From: Vicugna vicugna
Lineage: Eukaryota
Reading direction: 5' to 3'
Length of the DNA stretch: 64,000 nt
NCBI GenBank assembly: GCA_013265495.1
Contig: MU058824.1
Span: 5,110,691-5,174,690, forward strand
A program made the translations under genes and the position numbers. Positions 53,005 to 64,000 of this stretch are shown in pieces. The notes under the pieces were generated by a model, which saw only the letters and a program-made list of their open reading frames with translations, did not search any database and was not told the origin of the DNA. Every line of letters starts with the position of its first letter. Position 1 is the stretch's first letter.

Positions 53005-53010
53005 AATAAA
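53005..53010 (+). terminator. STOML2 polyadenylation signal
   Basis: AATAAA 117 nt after the stop, overlapping an upstream TGTA and preceded by a U-rich tract. Confidence 0.7.
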
Positions 53011-53387
53011 CTCTCCAGTGGCAAACCAAAACTGTCCTCTTTGATTGGGAAAGGAAGTTGGGAGAATCCCCAGTGTTTTCCTTGGATGCCCACTCCCAAC
53101 CTCCAGTCCTGTCAGGTCTCGGGAACTGATGCCTCCATGAAAAAGAATGAATCTCATGTAAAGTGAAATCATCCTGTCTGTCTTCAGGAGAAGCTGTGGG
53201 ATACAGTGGAAGGACTAAGCCACATGTCTACTGAATTACCAGCTGTGGAGTGTAGTCCCCTCCTGATAAGTGTGGGGCTGTGAATTGAGCAGGTGTTGGG
53301 GGTTTTTTTAATGGGAAAGAGGACTGCCCTGGGAGAGTATGGAGTAGTAATGCAGAATGTTCAAAGGGTCTTTAGAGACTGAGGACA

Positions 53388-54600
53388 CTCATTCATTCAT
53401 TCAAAAATATTTAATGATGTCTGCCATGTGCCAAGCTCAGTTCTAGACACAGGTTACAAAAGCAGCCAAAACCCAAATGGTCCCTGCTTTTACAGGGAGC
53501 AGGATACAAAGTGATCAATGCTGTGGTGGAGGAAAGTTCTGGCTGAGGGATCCTGGAGCAGGGAGCATATCTGTTTGTGAGCAGCAACATTGCCAACTCT
53601 GCCACTGGGCTCAGGTTGGAAAAAAATCAATGCGTTCACCAGGCTAACATTTGGGGCTGGAATATGCAAAGGCCCGTGGCTCCAGAGAAGTTGGAACATT
53701 CAGAGTTGTTTGCTGTGGCTGAAGGGCAGGGTGCTAGGGGATGTGACTGTATGTCAAGGGCCAAATCATGGGGAGATTGGGTCCTGAAAGAGTTTAGACT
53801 TTATCCTGGTTTGGGGGTAGGGGGCTTTTTTTCTCTTTCCCATGAAGAATTGTAAGATGAAGGTAGTCACATCAGTGTTTTAGATAGAGCTGTCCTGCTG
53901 TGATGTGGTCAGTGGATTTGAAGGAGAGATGGGAGGCTGAAAGACAGAAGGCTACCTTAGTGATCCAGAGATGATGGTGAGGCCTGAACTGAGGTAAGGC
54001 GCTATGGAATAGAGGTGGAAGAATATTTTGACATATTTCTGAATTAGAATTTGTTCAGTTATTCATTTAATGACCATTTAATAATTATACAGAATCCCAA
54101 GTATATACCAGGCATTGAGGATATAGTAAAGAAAACAGTTCCCTACTCTCAGTGAGCTCACATTCTATTTGGAAGGGACATATCATGTATAGTATTTCAG
54201 ATGCTGATGGGTTATACTATAGAGGAAATTAAGAAAGGAAAGGAGATGGGAAATTTGGGTAGAGGGAGCTGTAACATTAAGTAGAGGTTCCAGGAAGCCT
54301 CACTGGTGGGACATTCAGGCTTAGATATGGAGATGATGGGACATTTTGGCATCTGGGAGTAAAGCTGACAGAGGAGACAGAGAATGCAAAGGTCCTGAGG
54401 CAGAGCATGGCTGCCTTATAACTAGAAGAGCAAAGGAGCTGGAACAGTGGCTGGAACAGAGTTAAGGAAGCAAAGAACTGGCAGCTGGATGAATCAGAGA
54501 AGGAAGTGGGGAGCTAGTGTGTAGATTTGCAGGGCCTTGTAGGGTCACTGCAAGAGCTGGCTTTCCTCTGAGATGCGAAACCACTAAGAGGTTTTTTTGT
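53388..54600 (-). mobile_element. LINE-2 remnants
   Basis: (CATT)n termini at ~53390 and ~54060, and GAATGCAAAGGTCCTGAGGCAG. Confidence 0.6.
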
Positions 54601-54689
54601 TTTGTTTCTAATAGTATCTTTTCTGAGATATAATTCACATACAATGCAATTCACCTGCTTAAAGTGTAAATTCAATATATTTTTAAAAA

Positions 54690-54846
54690 ATTTATTTATT
54701 TTAAAATTTTTGTTTATTTGTTTTTTGAGGGGAGGTAATTAGGTTTATTTATTATTGTTATTTTTTTAAATGGAGGTAGTGGGGATTGAACCCAGGACCT
54801 TATGCATGCTAAGCACACACTCTACCACTGAGCTATACTCTCCCCC
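54690..54846 (-). mobile_element. tRNA-Ala-derived SINE
   Basis: Same head and tail organisation as the other copies. Confidence 0.85.
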
Positions 54847-56004
54847 TGTAAGTTCAATATTTGTAGTATATTCAGAATTGTGCAGCTGCCACAATTTAGA
54901 ACATTTTCATCACTGGTCCCCTGTCCCCACCCTGCCCCCCAAACCCTGTACCCATTTGCAGTAATTCCCCTCTCCCTCCAGCCCTAGACAGCTATTAATT
55001 TATTTTCTGTGTCTATAGATTAATATATTAATGTAAATGGAATAGTATAAGATAAATAAAATAATAGTATTTTGTGATTGGCTTCTTTCACTTAGCATGT
55101 TTTTAAGGTTCATCCATGTAGTGGCATATAGCAGTTCTTCATCCTTTTTTTTGAGGGGGTACAAACAATATTCTGTTGTATAGGTATAGCATATTTTGTT
55201 CATCTGTTTGTCAGTGAAGGCCATTTGGGTGGTTTTCACCTTTTGGCTAATAGTAGATCATGCTACTATGAAAGCTGCTGCACCATTTTACAATCCCATC
55301 AGCAGTGTATGAAGGTTCACATTTCTTCACACCCATGCTGGTACTTGTTATTTATCTTTTTGATTATAGCCATCCCTGATGGGTTTGAAGTAGTATCTCC
55401 AGTATTTCCCTGATGGCTAATGATGTTGAACATCTTCTCGTGTGTTTATTGGTCATTTATATATCTTCTTTGGAGAAATGTCTATTCAGATCCTTTGTCC
55501 ATTTTTAAACTGGATTGTCATTATTATTATTATTATTTATTTTTAATTTTTTTGCCTTTAGGTTTTAAAATTACTTATTTACATATTTACATATTTATTT
55601 ATCGGGTAAGCAAAGTTTATTCTAGGAAGAGCAACTCATTGAGAGGTAAAACCATTTTAAACTTTACACATATGTATTGTTCATTGTTTCTAAGAACAGT
55701 TTAGAGGTTTAGCATTTTAAACTTACATAGTTATCAAAGGAATAAAGCCAACCACAAAATAAGAATCAACAGAATGCAGTAATCCAATCATAAAGGACAG
55801 TCGAATGTGCTTACACATGTTCAAGAAATCTATCATCTAAATTATAAATAATAAGTAGTTCATTTGTCTTTTTTTTTTTTAGATTCCACATATAAGTGAT
55901 ATCATATGGCATTTTACTTTATCTTTCTGGCTTTCTTCACTTAGAATGACAATCTCCAGGTCCATCCTTGTTGCTGCTGGTAGATAGACAGACAGATAAT
56001 GACA

Positions 56005-56108
56005 TCTTTTGCGGGGGGAGTAATTTGGTTTATTTATTATTACGTTTTAGGGGAGGTGTTGGTGATTGAACCCAGGATCTCATGCATGCTAAGCATGTGC
56101 TCTCCCCC
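56005..56108 (-). mobile_element. tRNA-Ala-derived SINE, degenerate
   Basis: GATTGAACCCAGGATCTCATGCATGCTAAGCATG core; the A-box part is missing. Confidence 0.75.
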
Positions 56109-56499
56109 CATACCACATCTTCTTCATTCAGTCATCTGTTGATGAACATTTGGGTTGTTTCCATGTCTTGGCTATTGTAAATAGTGCTGCTATGAACATT
56201 GGGGTGCATGGGTTGTCTTTTTATTATTGAGTTGTAAGATTTAGTGAAAGGCTTGGAGTGGATGAATAATAAAATCTATTAGTTGGAGTCAACAAAAAGG
56301 GGTAAATGAAAATTATCTTTATTTTACAGATAAGGTAATGTCCCATAATGACAGTGAGTGGCAGAGCTAGGATTCAAGCTAAGATTGGTTCCAGAGGCCT
56401 AGATCTTAGTCTTATCCGAGAATGGACAGTGGTTCCCTGAACTCTTCTAAATTTATTGCCTTGCCCCTAATTCTAAATTAATCTAATCTCCCGTCAAAC

Positions 56500-57010
56500 T
56501 CCCATCTCTGGCCAGCCCTTCGTTCCTTGCCGAACTTCCTCGGAGGCGCCAGCAGGTGGCGATGAGGTCCCCGCCATGGGCCGCTCTGTCCCGCGCGTGC
56601 ACTTCTGTGGTGCCCGGCCGCAGGCGCGGCCACTGCACTTCCGGGCGCCGTTCAAGGTGAGCCAGGGTCTCCCTAAACCCCCTTACACTCCCTTTTCCCC
56701 TAAGTAAGGGACCCTCCCAGCCCACTCACAGAGCTCGCAGTCTAGCGGGCCCAGTACCCGAATCAGGGTGCCCAGGCAGAGGCTGGGTAGCCATCCGAGG
56801 AGGCAGAGCCATCCGGACGTCCGGGTTCCAGCAAGGCCCAGCCGCCTCAAGACCCTGCGCCTCTGCCGTGCTGCGCCGGGGAAGCGGAGCAGGACTCCTT
56901 CCCTTCGTCTCCTCGGTCCCCGCCAGGCGGCGCCGTCAGCCTGGTCCGGGTTCCCCTGCGGCTGCGAGCGTTGGCCACCCCAGGGGTGTTGAAATTGGCG
57001 GAGAAACGGG
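56500..57010 (+). promoter_or_regulatory. PIGO CpG-island promoter and non-coding exon 1
   Basis: CpG island with ETS motif CACTTCCGGG (~56636) and donor AAG|GTGAGC at 56657. The exon 2 acceptor ends at 57385, leaving one exonic base before the ATG. Confidence 0.7.
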
Positions 57011-57069
57011 CTTTCAGAAAGCAGTCTACCAACTGGAATAAGTTTCCCTCGTGGACTGTGTTTTCCATC

Positions 57070-57230
57070 ATTAGGATCTCCTGGAGTACATGTGCAAATT
57101 CCTGTGCTCCACCCCCGAAGATTCTGATTCAGGGGATCTGGGGTGGCACCTGGAAATCAGCATTTAAAAACAGCTGTTCCAGGTTGATGCCCATAGTTTG
57201 TGCATTTCACCTTCAGAAACTCTGGTATAA
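57070..57230. mobile_element. MER5-like MITE in PIGO intron 1
   Basis: GATTCTGATTCAGGGGATCTGGGGTGG...GGAAATCAGCATTT. Confidence 0.55.
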
Positions 57231-57386
57231 CTGGTGGAGAGGAACATTGCATTGGGTTGGCTATGGCACTGTTTATCTTCAGGAAGGCTTCTAAGAGGAA
57301 GTGATTCTAGCTGGGCTTTGTATTGAGAGACTGTCCACCGATTCTTTGCCTCACAGTTATGAATTCCCTCCCCCACCACCACCAGG

Positions 57387-63833
<6,447 letters not shown>

Positions 63834-63900
63834 TGGAGTCTAATCCCTAACTCCTGTTTTGGATACATCTGAGGGACTGGGGGAACTTTCTCCAAAGTGG

Positions 63901-63906
63901 AATAAA
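63901..63906 (+). terminator. PIGO polyadenylation signal
   Basis: AATAAA followed by a GT-rich downstream element (CGTGTGTTTG). Confidence 0.7.
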
Positions 63907-64000
63907 ATAATAATGTAAATACGTGTGTTTGAGGTGTGGGGGAGCCCGCACTGTCCTACAGGGGATATGAGGAGGGTTGGTCTTCCCTCATCCAGGCACT

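Larger units (their letters stand above)
54610..56240 (-). mobile_element. Old L1 3' region hosting SINEs and a younger chimeric insert
   Basis: Minus-strand ORF (…YATTWMNLKNMLSERSQSQ…) resembles the L1 ORF2 end. Confidence 0.75.

Overview
Mammalian genomic DNA, most likely camelid, judged from six copies of a tRNA-Ala-derived SINE resembling the camelid vic-1 family. The gene order matches human 9p13.3 in reverse orientation. On the minus strand is the first coding exon of UNC13B (ATG at 18860); positions 1-18838 appear to be its repeat-rich intron 1. An ~18 kb transposon-rich intergenic stretch follows. Three complete plus-strand genes come next, and I rebuilt their exons by hand from GT-AG boundaries: FAM214B/ATOSB (7 coding exons, 538 aa), STOML2 (10 exons, 356 aa) and PIGO (10 coding exons, 1132 aa). 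I found no wholly new multi-gene system. The most notable oddities are: PIGO has no stop where the human protein ends and reads on 44 aa to a C-terminal SKL; an in-frame 1251-nt exitron lies in PIGO's large exon; the ATOSB and UNC13B leaders carry uORFs; RFX X-boxes cluster upstream of STOML2; and there is a chimeric L1/non-L1 retro-insertion, a young TSD-flanked L1 and a nested hAT/LTR cluster. All comparisons to human proteins and repeat families are from memory, not from searches.
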